DNA of 64,000 nt from Anolis carolinensis (lineage: Eukaryota): contig NC_085843.1 of assembly GCF_035594765.1 (NCBI RefSeq), positions 26,489,955 to 26,553,954 of the forward strand. The letters are read 5' to 3'. The notes beneath the pieces are model-generated. The model had not been told where the DNA came from, did no database searches, and saw only the letters and a list, made by a program, of their open reading frames with translations. Positions within the stretch are counted from its first letter, which is position 1, and each line of letters starts with the position of its first letter. The position numbers and the translations under genes were made by a program. Of this stretch, positions 1-12,640 are shown in pieces.

Positions 1-117
1 GGAGCCACATACTTCCCCAGGCTGGTGCCCTCAAAGCTATGTTGGACTACAATGCACTGTGTTGTTGGGGGGGGGGGTGCTGAGATTTGTAGTGGCAAAA
101 CATTTAGAGGATACCAG
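1..117. mobile_element. Old small palindromic hAT-type MITE fragment
   Basis: tgttggactacaat...tgtagtggcaaaacatttagagg...caggtt resembles the 135-bp MITE at 29363-29497; degenerate. Confidence 0.4.
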
Positions 118-2277
118 GTTAGAGAAGGATGTGTTTAGGCAAAAAATGCAGAGCAAGGCACCCATCATAGGATATAAATATCTAAACTCTTGCTTGAGTA
201 GATCTGTCTTTTCTTTCTTCGCAACAACTGTGATTAATATTTCACAACACTTGTCTTTTTATGCTGGTTGTTTTATGTTGGCTGTCTTTTTATTTCAGCC
301 TATGCTTTTTCCCCAAAAGAAATTCCCACTTGAATTTTTGAAAGCTACTTGGCCAGCTGCTTGTTGAATCTGTGTCATATTTAGTAAAGCCACTTGAAGA
401 AGATTAATCCGTTGGTAAGGTCAAATTATCAGAATGGAGCAGAATGTGTTAAAGACTGTTGAAAATTCCTTTGGAGGCAGACAAGAGAAAAGGCAGTTAA
501 TTAACTGCAATGGCTTATTAAATTCAAGAGAAATGACTTTTTTTACAAGATTTGACAGGGAAGCTTATCTGCATCAGTTCAGATGTAACATTAAAATAGG
601 GGTGGCCCAAACACAGGCCACATAGAGATACCACCTTTATCAAAAAAACAATTAAGATGTCTCCAGTCCTATAAGCCTTCCAAAACATCAAATCTCTCTT
701 GTTCCAAGTCCAGTACAAGGTCTTCTTTTTATGCTTTTGCTGTTTAATAAACAGAGAGCTTTAAAATTAGAATGCGGCTCTTTTTAGATGTGTTCTAAAA
801 AGAACATAACTTCTTTTGAGTTTGTGATAAGTCCTTGGGTGCAGTTTGTGGTAAGTCCTTGGGTGATGAAATTGCCTCCTGGGCCTTCAGGTTTTGCTTC
901 TCCTTGTAATGAATAATAGTTGAATGGTATTTGGACAAAAACCTGAGGATCAGCATCCTCTCCTTTCTTGGTTTCCCAGGTGGCATCAGAGGAAATTAAA
1001 AACATCTACCTTCAGTTTAAACCAAACAGGCCTTTCTGTTATAGCAAGATTTTTGGGGTATCCTGTTGAAACCTTAAGTTCTCTTTCAAACAAGCCAAGC
1101 TTTAAAACATGGTTTATATTTCAGGCTTGTTCTGAAAACTGTTTGAAGACTTGAGCAAATTCGAAACGCTGACGTGGGCTGCATACAGGGAACATGTAAC
1201 TCATTTGTTGAAACATACACACTGGTTGGATATCTGAAGGTCTGTATGAATCTGACCAAGTTTCAGGGGAAGGTTCTTTCAGTCCCATCAAAAGTACATT
1301 TCATGGGGACCAGGGTGAGAGCCCTCATAGGGGATGTTCTCAAGTTGTTGAATTCCCTCCTACTTGAAGTCCAGTTGGTCCATCCCTGCTTTCTTTTTGC
1401 CGGCATTTAAAAACTCACCCCTCTTTTGTTATTTGGACTGACTTTTATTTACTTATTTTTAAGACCTTTGGCTCTTAACTGATGTGGCAGGAGGATGTTT
1501 TAATGTGGTATGCCAGGTTTTTATCATTTTTATTGTACATATTTTAAAATTATTTGAGATTTGCATATGTAGGCCAGTTTTAAATGGAACGCCCAGTGGC
1601 ATCCTGTTTTGAGAAAAAAGAGGAGCATAAAAACAAGCACGCGCCCAGTGATAATCCAGTCTAGAGAAAATCAGCAAGGACTAGTTAGTTGATTATAGCA
1701 TGTCACTTATATAGGTAAGAATGTCTACATAGGGTTTTCCTATAGGCTGGATATAGTTCGTACTGACTCAGTCCTCTTGATCTTATCTTAGAAGTAGCAT
1801 GTTGTTAGATAAATTGTGCATGTGAAGTTCATTGTCTTGTTCACTGGGGGTATATTTGTATTGTCTTTGATTTTTTTCACAATCATGCAAATATTCCCAG
1901 TGATCATCTTCCTTCTGGAAAGTGCTTATTTATTTAGAAAGTAGCAGCTGAATGCAGGAGGAATAAAGTGATGCAATTTGTATTTCCTTCCTTTTTAATG
2001 CTAATCTTCTGATTTCCCCTCTTATATAAGTTTTGAATATGTAACATGAACTAAAATAAACTTACTCTATAGGTGCAATTAATATCTAGTTTGTCTCCAT
2101 TTTGCAATTTTCATTTGATTTACAGTTGTAACGTACCAAACACCTTTGCAGATATGCAAAGTTGTGTGTGTGTGTGTGTGTTTAAAGAAACATTTTTCCA
2201 GACCAAGTTTCTTCTCAATAGGGTATTCTATTGAGAAGAAATCTTGTCTGCTAAGTATTTTTGTAGTTTGGGACTTT

Positions 2278-2682
2278 GCTGTTGTTTATTCGTTCTGTCG
2301 CTTCCAACTTTTCATGCCCTCATCGACCAGCCCACGCCAGAGTTCCCTGTCGGCCATGGCTATCCGCAGCTCCTTCAAGATCAAGCCAATCACTTCAAGG
2401 ATACCATCCATCCATCTTGCCCTTGGTCGACCCCTCTTCCTTTTTCCTTCCATTTTCCCCAGCATCATTCTCTTCTCTAAGCTTTCTTGTCTTCTTCTTT
2501 GCTTCTAATATCCTTCCCTTCAGTGAGCAGCTGGGCATTATTTCCTGGAGTATGGAATGGTTGGATCTTCTTGTGGTCCAAGGCACTCTCAGAATTTTCT
2601 TCCAACACCACAGTTCAAAAATGTCTATCTTCCTTTGCTCAGCCTTCCTTATGGTCCAGCTCTCACATCCATAAGTTACTAC
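2278..2682 (-). mobile_element. RTE/BovB-type LINE, 5'-truncated 3' fragment
   Basis: Minus-strand peptides PWTTRRSNHSILQEI and LGKMEGKRKRGRPRARWMD...DRELWRGLV are the typical RTE/BovB ORF C-terminus; short CAA-like tail at the left end. Confidence 0.85.
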
Positions 2683-4234
2683 TTAACATACATAGGTTTG
2701 GGACTTATCCTGTGTAAAATTCACACGTAGATGTTTTGCAGAAGAATCAGTGCTTCCTGCATAGGAAACTAGAAATAACATTCCTGTATATTTCTGCATT
2801 TCCTAGCAGAAAACAGTATTGTATTGTTTCCAAATTTTGCAACTGAATTGCAAATAGACTTTGAAAACATGAAAAGTGGATGTCAAATACATTCTTGCAG
2901 TAGGAAATAAATAGTTAAAATTGCTCATTGCATCCTTTATAAAGAAACTCTGTGCAGAATTACATTCCTCTTCCCATTCCAGACATGATCCAAACCATTT
3001 TAATATGCATTTATAGGAAATGTTTGCATAGAGCAAAAGATGGTGGCTAATATAAACTTTTGGATTAGTTTTAACAACAGGCCCAAAGTCAGAGGTTAAG
3101 GTAGACCATGACTTTGAAGCACAGTGTATTAACTGTTCTGAAGTGTTTCTAGTGTGAAAGGTTAATTGGATAGTTTAGACATCTTAGGTGCAGAGAGATA
3201 TCCAATGCTAACATAAGGCTCCTTGAATGGATGTTGCCTAGAGCTGTTGTCATTGACAAATAGCATGTGCTGAGGCATCATCTTGAGGAACTGAACATTT
3301 TTAATGTGGGAAGTAAACAAGTGCTGATGGATGTTCTGGATGCTGCAGAAACAAAGATTACTTCAGAGGACTTTTTGGATGTCGAAAGTAATTGCTACTT
3401 TTAGATATCACCAAAATTGTCTTACATTTTGTATTCTCTGTGCTTTTGATTTACTGTGCTAGAAGAAAATTGTTTGTATTTGTGACTGTAAGGATTTGTG
3501 ATCTGAAATTTATTTAATGGGTCCTCGAGTTAATTAGTGTGTTATCTATCATTTGGAGCTGCAACAAGGAAAATAGTCCTCTATTCTTCTGTAACCATCC
3601 GCCTCAGACATCCCCCAAAACAAAATATATTCTTAGAAACTGACTTACTAAACACTTTGCCTCACAAGTTCAGTGCATCTGTCTGTAAATAAGTGCCAAA
3701 AATATTAGAATGCTTTTTGGATAGATGTTCTTTTGTCTCCTTCCTCTTTCATCGAAATTGTTCATTTCTTCCCCTGTTTAGTTTTAGCCAAGGTCTTGAG
3801 TTACTTCCACTAAGCAGGGTATTCCTTTTAAACAGATCTTGAAACCAGGTTTTCAGGTTATACTTAAACTGTAGAAGTTATATGTAAACTGTAACTGGAT
3901 TGTTAGTGGCATTGTACTTACAGTTGTCTCATGGCTAGTGTAGTGAGTTAAAAAAAAGAACAATTTTGCACTGGGGTGAGTGGTAGGTGCCAGGAAAGAG
4001 CATATTTTCCCCAAGACTGCTTTTTGATTTTCAAAGCATAGTCTGAAGAGCATCTGAATTGCTTCTGCACTAGACTTGAGATGCAGATTACAGATTTTTT
4101 TTTTCCAGAATGGAGAGTTAACATCATGGCTGGTAAAATTCCAGTACCATGTTTGTATGAACATGCTAAGGAACATGATATAACCCACACCTACATCTAG
4201 TAATACTAATTATATATTCAACATGGTTTATATA

Positions 4235-4553
4235 AAAGGTAAAGATAAAGGTTTCAGTCCACTCGTGACTGACTCTGGGGGTTGGTGCTCATCTCTATTT
4301 CTAAGCCGAAGAGCTGGCGTTGTCCATAGACATCTCCAAGGTCATGTGGCCGGCATGACTGCATGGAGCGCCATTACCTTCCCGCCGGAGCGGTACCTAT
4401 TGATCTACTCACATTTGCGTGTTTTCGAACTGCTAGGTTGGCAGGAGCTGGGGCTAACAGTGGGCACTCATTTTGCTCCTGGGATTTGAACCTGGCACCT
4501 TTTGGTCCACAAGTTCAGCAGCTCAGCGCTTTAACACACTGTGCCACCAGAGG
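4235..4553 (-). mobile_element. Sauria SINE
   Basis: (ACCTTT)-type tail and tRNA-derived head with A/B boxes (ggtggcacagtgtg, ggttcaaatcc) on the minus strand. Near-identical to 24691-25031. Probable TSD ggtttRtata. Confidence 0.88.
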
Positions 4554-4741
4554 TTTGTATAGGTGCCTAAAAATATTGAGCCGTACTCCCAAGAATTCTT
4601 CGATGTTTTTGTAACCAACATCTCTTAGGTTTGTTTTAAACATCCAATTTCTGACTCATAACTTAGCTTCATATTACAATATCTCTTATCTCTGGAATTG
4701 AGCTTGCATTTCTGATTTGGATAAGTTTAGTTCACTGATAT

Positions 4742-5062
4742 AGTAATAATAATAATAATTATTATTATTATTATTATTTCTTACCACCTCTCCTTGTGGC
4801 TTCAGGAGGGTTACAGCATGATTAAAACACATAAACATTGTAAAAATTCTATATTACACGTATTAAAATGTATTTCTATAAAATACTGTTAAAATACACA
4901 GAACAGAAATTAAACACAAGACATGAGTTTAGAAGTCATGCTTAAAACTGACTGGGTAGGCCTGCTGGAAGAGATAGGTCTTTAATTGGTTTTTTAATTC
5001 CTACAGTTGATTTAGCTGTCGGGTCTTTTCCGGCAGGTTATTCCACACTCTGAGGGCAGCTG
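4742..5062 (-). mobile_element. L2-type LINE 3' fragment with (TAA)n tail
   Basis: Homologous to the start of the longer copy at 50998-51872 (tttctt...cctctccttgtg, gaagagata...gtctt, ttccaca). Confidence 0.6.
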
Positions 5063-5185
5063 ATGACTGCTAGTGGATATTTTCTAATTCAGCCCATGGT
5101 GGTTGGAAAATTGGACATGTTTACAAGGATTACCCTAGAAGAGGCAGAAAAGATTAAGAGACAGGATGATAATTATTTCATTTTA

Positions 5186-7004
5186 CCATATATACTCAAG
5201 TATAAGCCAACCCAAATAAAGGCTGAGGCACCTAATATTACCACAAAAAACTGGGAAAACTTACTGGCTCAAGAATAAGCTGAGGGTGGGAAATTCCGCA
5301 GCTACTGGTAAATTTCAAAATAAAAATAGATGCCAATAAAATTATATTGAGGCATCAGTAGGTTAAATGTTTTTGAATATTCGCCATATTTCAAAGAAAA
5401 ACAGTAAGCTAGCTCTGTAAGTGGAAAAGCGGGGTCAATAAAAACAATGTTATCCACAATAACTTTATAATAATAATAACAACAATAATAAAATTTATTT
5501 CACATATGCATTTCCCCTGAAATGTTTGTAAATCCTCTATATATGTGCATTTCCCTTCTGCAATATTTGCAAGCCCCATATATCTATGTTTATATTTATC
5601 TAGACATCTATCTCTCTATATGTGTGTGTGCATTTCCCCTGAAATTTCTGCAAGCCTAATAAATCTATATTCATATCTGTACATGTCTATATATGTGATG
5701 ACTCATGGGCTTTGTAGTCCTATTCCTAGTACAATTGTGGCAGATGAAGAGGAAAACATGGGATTTTTGCCGGTTCAGCAAGAGCCGGAGCCTCTTCACC
5801 TGGAGGATGTTGACGTTTGCCCTCAAGAATCCAGCCAAACAGGCCTTGGGCAGAACTCCCCCCCGTATTCCCGGAGGGACAATTATACCAAAGATAGGGG
5901 AGTCAGGCAGGCTAATCGCAGGAGCCTGAGAATCGCTGCCAAACAAATGGCTGATTAGGTCTGCTTCCCTTGGGAAATTCTAAGGAGTCATGCATCTGGA
6001 CAGAGTTGAGTTTCGCTTCTCGTTCTCTTGGGAAAGAGTTCTGTTGGCGCAAAAATGAGACCCTATATAGGTGTTTGGCGCGAGGGAAACTTTGCGGAGT
6101 CAATTGATCAGCTAGAGGAGAGAGATCGTGTGTGGACTTCGTAATCCCAGTTCCTTGCTTCCCGGATCAAGCTTCGAGCCTTGCCTTGTCTCACGGATTT
6201 ATCACGGACTATATTTCATGCTTCATGTTTGCCTCGTTTTTCAGCCAAGGATCTAGCCAAGAATCAAGTTTACTTCCAGCCTTGTTGTCAAGCTTCATTG
6301 GATTTAAGGACTCTGTATTTTCCCCACACCATTGCTTGGCAAGGTGTGTGTTTCGGTCAAGTGGATTAAAACTTTGAACTCTAATATCTTATATTGGACA
6401 ATACATTCCTGGACTATATTTGACCTCATCTGAAAGGTCTGCTTCTGAACTAAATTCTTCACTTGTTTTTATTGATTTTATATATTTCTTTAATAAAGAT
6501 ATTAGATAGAGACTGGCCTCTGTGTAAGGTTATTGGTGCTCTGCAGCCAGGGTCCTGACAATATATATTTGTGTGTGCATTTCCACTCTGTAATATTTGC
6601 AAGTCTGATATATCTATATTCATATCTATCTATCTAGACGTCCCTCTATATAGAGATAATTATAGCTATATAGGATATGCAGAGACTTGCGAGGGGAAAA
6701 TTCATATAATGTATACATATAGATACAGATATACAGGTACATGGAAATCTCTAGATATTTATATGTATATAGGTTTTGTAGAGACCTGCAAACATATGAG
6801 GAGAAAATTCATATGTAGATAGATAGATACAAATATATAGGTACATAGGGATTGCAAAGGCTTGCAAGGGGAAATGCCTATATATCTGTAGGAGAGATTA
6901 ACAAATATTTCAGGGGAAAATGCTTTTATAAGATTAATGGATATATGTATTTTCTTCTTCCTGACTTGCGAGGCCTCTCTCCCCATATCTTCGAGTATAT
7001 ACGA
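5186..7004. mobile_element. Non-autonomous Tc1/Mariner-type DNA element, interrupted by a solo LTR
   Basis: Terminal inverted repeats ccatatatactcaag / tcgagtatatacga flanked by TA. Internal gcatttcccc...tttgcaag repeats occur in inverted orientation in the two arms. Confidence 0.75.
5694..6560 (+). mobile_element. Ty3/Gypsy solo LTR (867 bp), sister family of the provirus at 35430-41806
   Basis: TGTGATGA...CTGACA termini, 5-bp TSD ATATA, TATA box at 6064-6069, AATAAA at 6492-6497. Homologous to the LTRs at 35430-37226 and 36027-36938. Confidence 0.93.
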
Positions 7005-7537
7005 TAATTTTAATATATGCCTTCAAAAAGAAACAAAATCCCACAGTAAATACATCTTAGAGCTTGGAAAATTTGCCCTTTTGTTCTGGAACTTTCAGTT
7101 AAACACAGATAGAAAATACAATATAACCTATAGGGAATAATTCTGAGAGTTCTAGTCTAAAACCGTTAATTTTTCTGAGTTCCAATTGGCTCACTTGAAA
7201 GAGATGTTTAAAAAAAGAGGGTCCTGATTATATCTCTGGTGGATTTACCAAATGTAATAATTTTGAAAATAGAGATAACAGGCAAACTTTACCATAGAAC
7301 ATTTGCAAGGGCATTGGATTGGATCAGGGACGTAGGACGAGATCGCATTAATATTATAGAACAGAGGCTTTCATCTCCCAATCACCTGGTTTGCTCTTGC
7401 AGAATTCTGGGAAATGTATTTTAGGGCCTTTGGAATTCTCAGCTCGAGAGGTCCTCCGTTCTATAATGGTAATGTGATCTCATCCTTAGATTGCTTCAAC
7501 CACATCCTTACCAATTAACCAGAATTACTTGGAAGTA

Positions 7538-7851
7538 CAGTCAGCCTTCCACATCCAATGGAGTTAGGGGTCCATGACCCTGGTGAAAGTGAAAAACCTT
7601 TAATGGTTTTTTAAGCTGAAGTAGTACCTCTCTAGACATTTCTAAGTTTTTCAGTATGATTGAATTGCTGAAAAATCTAGAAGCTGATAATAGAATTGTA
7701 TGATCCAGCATTTTATCTAGGTCCTCCAGTATGACCTGAAAAAGTTGACCACAGAGCCACACTGGAGGAGCAAGAGATTCCCAGAGGTAACAAATCTGTG
7801 AATAGTCAAATCTGCAAAAACCAGAGTTGCAGATTTGGAGGAATCACCATT
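7538..7851. mobile_element. Old Tc1/Mariner (Tigger-like) MITE
   Basis: Starts TA|cagtcagccttccacat, with a degenerate inverted right end; homologous to 29790-30156. Confidence 0.55.
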
Positions 7852-8989
7852 AGTGATTTGAATTTGCTTATATTTTCGTGTACATATATGCTTGAGTTAT
7901 GTTTTAATTCAGGAGGGCACCATTCTTTGTTAACACTCTTGGGAGAGTTCTTGTTGTTGTTCATATTTGATGCATGAATGACTTAAATAAATTAAAAGAC
8001 ACTTTGTGCTGGTCCTGGAAATGGCAATGCTTGGGGCAGTTTACAGATGAGCTATTTTTGCCATTGACATTCAGTGATTTGAGCTGGACTAGATGCTTGG
8101 ATGCTAAAGTATCTGTTATGAGAGAATTTATGGAGAGCTGCTTTTGGTAAGAACCTTGGATTTCTTCTTCTTTTAAATGCATATTTCTGCTCATTTTTAA
8201 AAGAGGAAATGAGCTTGGAATAAGTTCAAGTTCTCTGTTTATTCCAACAGAGAATGTTGCCTTTTCTCCATCAGTAGTGCCTTTTAGTACTTTAAAGAAC
8301 AGATTTCTGACATTGGAATATATATTTTGAAAGTGTCAGCAAAACAATATTCTTAGTTTTGCATCAAAGTTAGTATCTGTCCTTGGTAAACTCTCATATT
8401 TAACTGGAAGCACTTTTTAAAAGAGGTAACAGATGAAATATCAAAACATTAATTTTTATGTTGGATACCAAGACCCTAAAAGAGAGTTTATTATCTGTTG
8501 TATAAGCTTGTTTTGAGTAGAAGTGGGACAAGTTTAGGCAGCCTAGAAATTGAACATTTTATCTTCATTTTTTTGGAAATACATTTTCCTTTTGTGGAAA
8601 TACATTTTCCTTTCCTTTATAATCCAGCAATAACCCATTGTTTGTTTAACGGGAAACATAGCAAATTTCTTCTTGGAAGTATTGAAGTAAATAATTATAC
8701 AAATACAGTGCTTCAAATACAAAATAAAAAATAAGATGTTTACATTTTAGATTCATTACAAAATTGAAATATGTAATTAAAAAAATACCATGATCTTGTT
8801 GATAGAATTTTTCCTATGTACAATAATATATAAATCAATCTCATGTATAAATCAAGGACAAGTTTGGGGACAAACATTATGGATTTTGATATGGCAGGTA
8901 GAGAAATGGATGGTCGTTCCATAGAAAACTCCAGAACCCCCTCAAGGGACCAGCTGCCCGTAATTGCCATTATTTCCTCAACCAGGCAT

Positions 8990-9585
8990 TCAAAAAGGCC
9001 AGAAGTCATGCTGCTACAGAGAAAGTAGACAGGATTAATGCTTCCTTTAGGTTCTCAAAGGATGAACTAAGCTCCTGCCTTTTGCCATTCTACTCAGAGA
9101 AGAGAGTGGTTCCTTTTATAAAAAGAAGAATTAAAGTGCTCCTGCCCTGATCTATATTTAAATCATTGCAAATAACCCCTGAGTTACAAAAATCCAATTC
9201 ACATACAACTCATAATTACAAATGGGGGGTGAGACAACAGGAAGTGAGAGGAAACATACCCCTTGGAACGGAAATTCAAGCCAGTAAGAGTTATCATGGG
9301 AAAAATTTATTTATTTCCAATATTTCTATCCCGCCCTTCTTACCCGAAGGGATTCAGGACAGCGAGTCTCCACTGAAGTTTTCTCACCAATCCTTGTTTT
9401 CACAACCATCTAAACTTTTCAAAATCCAATTGTCATGGGGACAGACAGTGAGGTGAAGTCTTCCCTATGCTATCAAAAAATGGCTGGAGTTAACTTTAAA
9501 AATGTACCTGTTCCAGCAAACATACAAATGTAACTTAAGAACAAACCTACAGAACCTATCCTGTTTGTAGAGACTGCTTGTGCAG
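8990..9585. mobile_element. Old Mariner/Tigger-like MITE with a short L2-tail insert (~9305-9365)
   Basis: Right end aacttaagaacaaacctacagaacctatc...gactgcttg is the reverse complement of the TA-flanked terminus at 59550-59620. Left boundary approximate. Confidence 0.45.
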
Positions 9586-10712
9586 ATTTTGGGTCAATTT
9601 TTTGACAAAAAAATTTACATATGTACAGCATTATATGAAAATTACATTAATATTTGGTATTTTAAATGAGCAAACTAGATAACTCTGGACAACCCTGTTG
9701 TTTATTTCTATGTTTAGAGTTATAGGTCTTCTGGACGTAGTGGTAGGAAACTGTACCACAATAGAGATGTAATTTTTTGGAACTGGACAGTATGAGACAG
9801 TAGTTCCAGTTTGGTTTTGTTATTTATGTCTGTTTTGGGAAGCAAGGAGCAAGATAAACAAAACAATTCATTTGGTGTGGTTTAAGGGAGTTCAGAGCTA
9901 TTCTGAGGTGGAAATTGTCTAATTCTTTTTTTAGGCGAGAAAGGGGTGCCGGGGTGACCTTGGTGTTAGCTGAAGAAATAAAGTTCAGAGTTGCATGTGT
10001 CTGTGGCTTTGAGCTGCTCTCTGTGACACCTGATTTAAATATTGTGCTTTTTAATTGTTGCTAAACTTTTTATCCATTAATAAGGGAAAGAACACTTCTG
10101 CCAGCATTCTGCAGTGGGAGTGTCAGCCTTCTTATGGCTTCAGTTACCCGCACTAGGAGAATAGGTCTTTTGAGCACAAATCCTATCACCAATACTTCTT
10201 TGGGATACTCTTCAAGGTTCTGACAGTTTCTAGCATTGCTTTTAGTTTACTTTACCTGGTGTACATCCTCACCATTTGCAGTGTTAGATAGCAGTCCCTA
10301 ATAATAAATACTGCAGGGTAATTTCTATGGATAGAACAAAAGAACATGGTATGAACAAAAGAACATGGACTGTACACAGTTTAGAAACCAAAAAGTTCAG
10401 AAGATTTTATCACTATGTCAAATGCCATTCCTCATTAAAACCCAACTTTGCTTGGGTGTATTCTCTTCCCTTTCCTGTCCCACTCCCCAGAAGATAAAAT
10501 CAAGCATTGTTAGCAGTGCTCTAGTGGAAGCATGTTGACTGGTTTCTTTTCAAATGGATGCTTTCCCTTCTGCCTTTATTTAATTGATTTCAGTGGGAAA
10601 AACATATATGTTTTCCCTCGATGCCTAACGTATCTGAGTTGCTAGAACCTCCTGACATGGCGAACCATATTCTCCAAAGTGAATGGCTCAGATAAACATG
10701 TTTTATACTTCC

Positions 10713-11058
10713 TGTTGTTTGTGGGTGTGTAAAAGTGTACACTTTCCCCCAACGTAGGGAAGATATGTGTCAATCACTTTTCCGGTGTGGAAAAATGGCA
10801 ATGAGTCGGGTCCTCTGAAGCTCTGCCAGAGGATCAGCCTTTCCGAACGGCTGGATAGAGAGGACGCTCCCTCTCCCCTTGCGGACCGAAGCGGGGAGAC
10901 AGCATAACCCACAAGGACACCCGAAGGCCTATAGAGTGGTCCCCCCATCAAGGAGGGGCACCTAAAAAGGCCTGGGAGACAGTCCTCACAGGGTACAGCG
11001 AGCCGCGGGAGGTGAACCGATCGCCGGACAGGCGATCGGTACAATCATCGCTACAACA
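10713..11058. mobile_element. 346-bp GC/CpG-rich LTR-like insertion of unknown family
   Basis: TGTTGT...ACAACA inverted termini and a sharp composition change from the AT-rich flanks; no matching TSD. Confidence 0.55.
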
Positions 11059-11930
11059 TCTTGACAAAAGCTACATTTTCAATATCATTTATTTCACTGA
11101 TTTATGAGTACGTCAGTAGTTGCTACATCATAACAGGGTAGCAATTTAAAGCACAGACTATTCCACAAAATATCTGACTTCCCAGAGATTACTTAGTTAG
11201 AAAACAGTAAAATAGAAAGTGTGAGTTGGGACCTGCTCTTTCAAAGAGCTTGGTTCTCTTTCGCTGGCTAAATGTCACATTGCTATAGAGTTACAGAGCA
11301 TGGGTATGTGTATATATCTGTGTTTTTAATGTTTATAGAAAGTACTATCAATAGATAGTCTTTCTGAACTCTGTGAAGAGTTTGCCTCTGTGCAGATACT
11401 ACAATACTAAGAAACCTTAGTAAAACAAAGTGAACAAATTGGGACATCTCTTCTAGGTTTCAAGTTGGAAAACAAATGAAGTCTATCCAACCCTATTTAC
11501 AAGAAGAGTTAGAAGACTGAAATTATATGTATTGCATTTTAGTCAAAAATGTTCCACTTGGTAATACTTCAATGTGCCACTTGGGATATCAACCATTCTC
11601 TGTAAGGCCATTCACAATTTTTGTCATGTCCAGCACTGCAGCATCTTGTAGGAAGGACACTGTATGATCTTTCAACCATGGCAAGTTGGGAAAAAGCATA
11701 TTTCAAGGTTCTTCCTGTTCTTCTTTTTTTTTAAAAAAAACTAATCTTTCTGTCTTTGATTCAGAACTATTGATGATGTGTTCATATCTGAAACAAAGAT
11801 AGATTAGCTTTTGCTCATCATTGTTAGCTCTAAATCAGTGGTTCATAATAATTGTTAGAAATAGTTTTGTCTCTTTGTGAGTTGAACTCAAGGTGAAGGA
11901 TGAGAGGGAGTCATCTGCAAGCCTTTAAGC

Positions 11931-12640
11931 CAGGGGTCCTCAAACTTTTTAAGCAGGGGGCCGGTCCACTATCCTTCAGACTGTGGAGGGGCCGAATTAT
12001 CATTTGAAAAAAACAAAACCAAACAATTTCCTGTACACACTGCACATGTCTTATTTGTAGTGCAAAACAACAACAACAAAAGAACAATACAATGTTTAGA
12101 AATGAAAACAATAGTTAACAACATAAACCTATCAGGATTTCAATGGGAAGTGTGGGCCTCCTTCTGGCCAATGAGATAGTCAAGTTAATTAGGATTGTTG
12201 TTGTTGTGTGACTTCAAGTCATTTCAGACTTTGGGCGAGCCTAAGTCTAAAATTATTTATTTATTCATTTACTACATTATTTATTACATTTATATCCTGC
12301 CCTTCTCACCTTCTCACTCCAGAGCAACTGTATGTACATACAATATATTATACTATTAGCATATCACAATATTAGCATTATATATTACTATATTGAACTA
12401 TACCACTATACTGTAATATTATATGTAATATATAACTTATAATTAATATTATTATATGGTATTATTATTAGTATTATATTGTATAACATTATAATATTAT
12501 TATCAATATTATATGTATATACAATATATTATATTATTTAAAATGATATAAAAATATTATATTATAAATGAGGGCGGGGGCCAGGTAAATGACCTTGGAG
12601 GGCCGCATCCGGCCCCCGGGCCTTAGTTTGGGGACCCCTG
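11931..12640. mobile_element. Non-autonomous hAT element (CAGGGGTCC TIR family)
   Basis: TIRs caggggtcctcaaact / agtttggggacccctg; perfect 8-bp TSD CTTTAAGC. Confidence 0.93.

Noticed and set aside
819-866. ~24-bp tandem duplication producing a repeated ITQGL/CTQGL peptide
   Set aside because: Ordinary local duplication in intron, with no exon signals.
4440-4553. tRNA gene (also at ~24920-25031 and ~60575-60650)
   Set aside because: The A/B boxes belong to tRNA-derived SINE heads; there is no complete cloverleaf.
10703-11044. 113-aa minus-strand ORF and possible hammerhead ribozyme in the GC-rich insert
   Set aside because: The ORF has no domain signal and is expected at this GC content. 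I could not find a CUGANGA...GAAA hammerhead core by eye.
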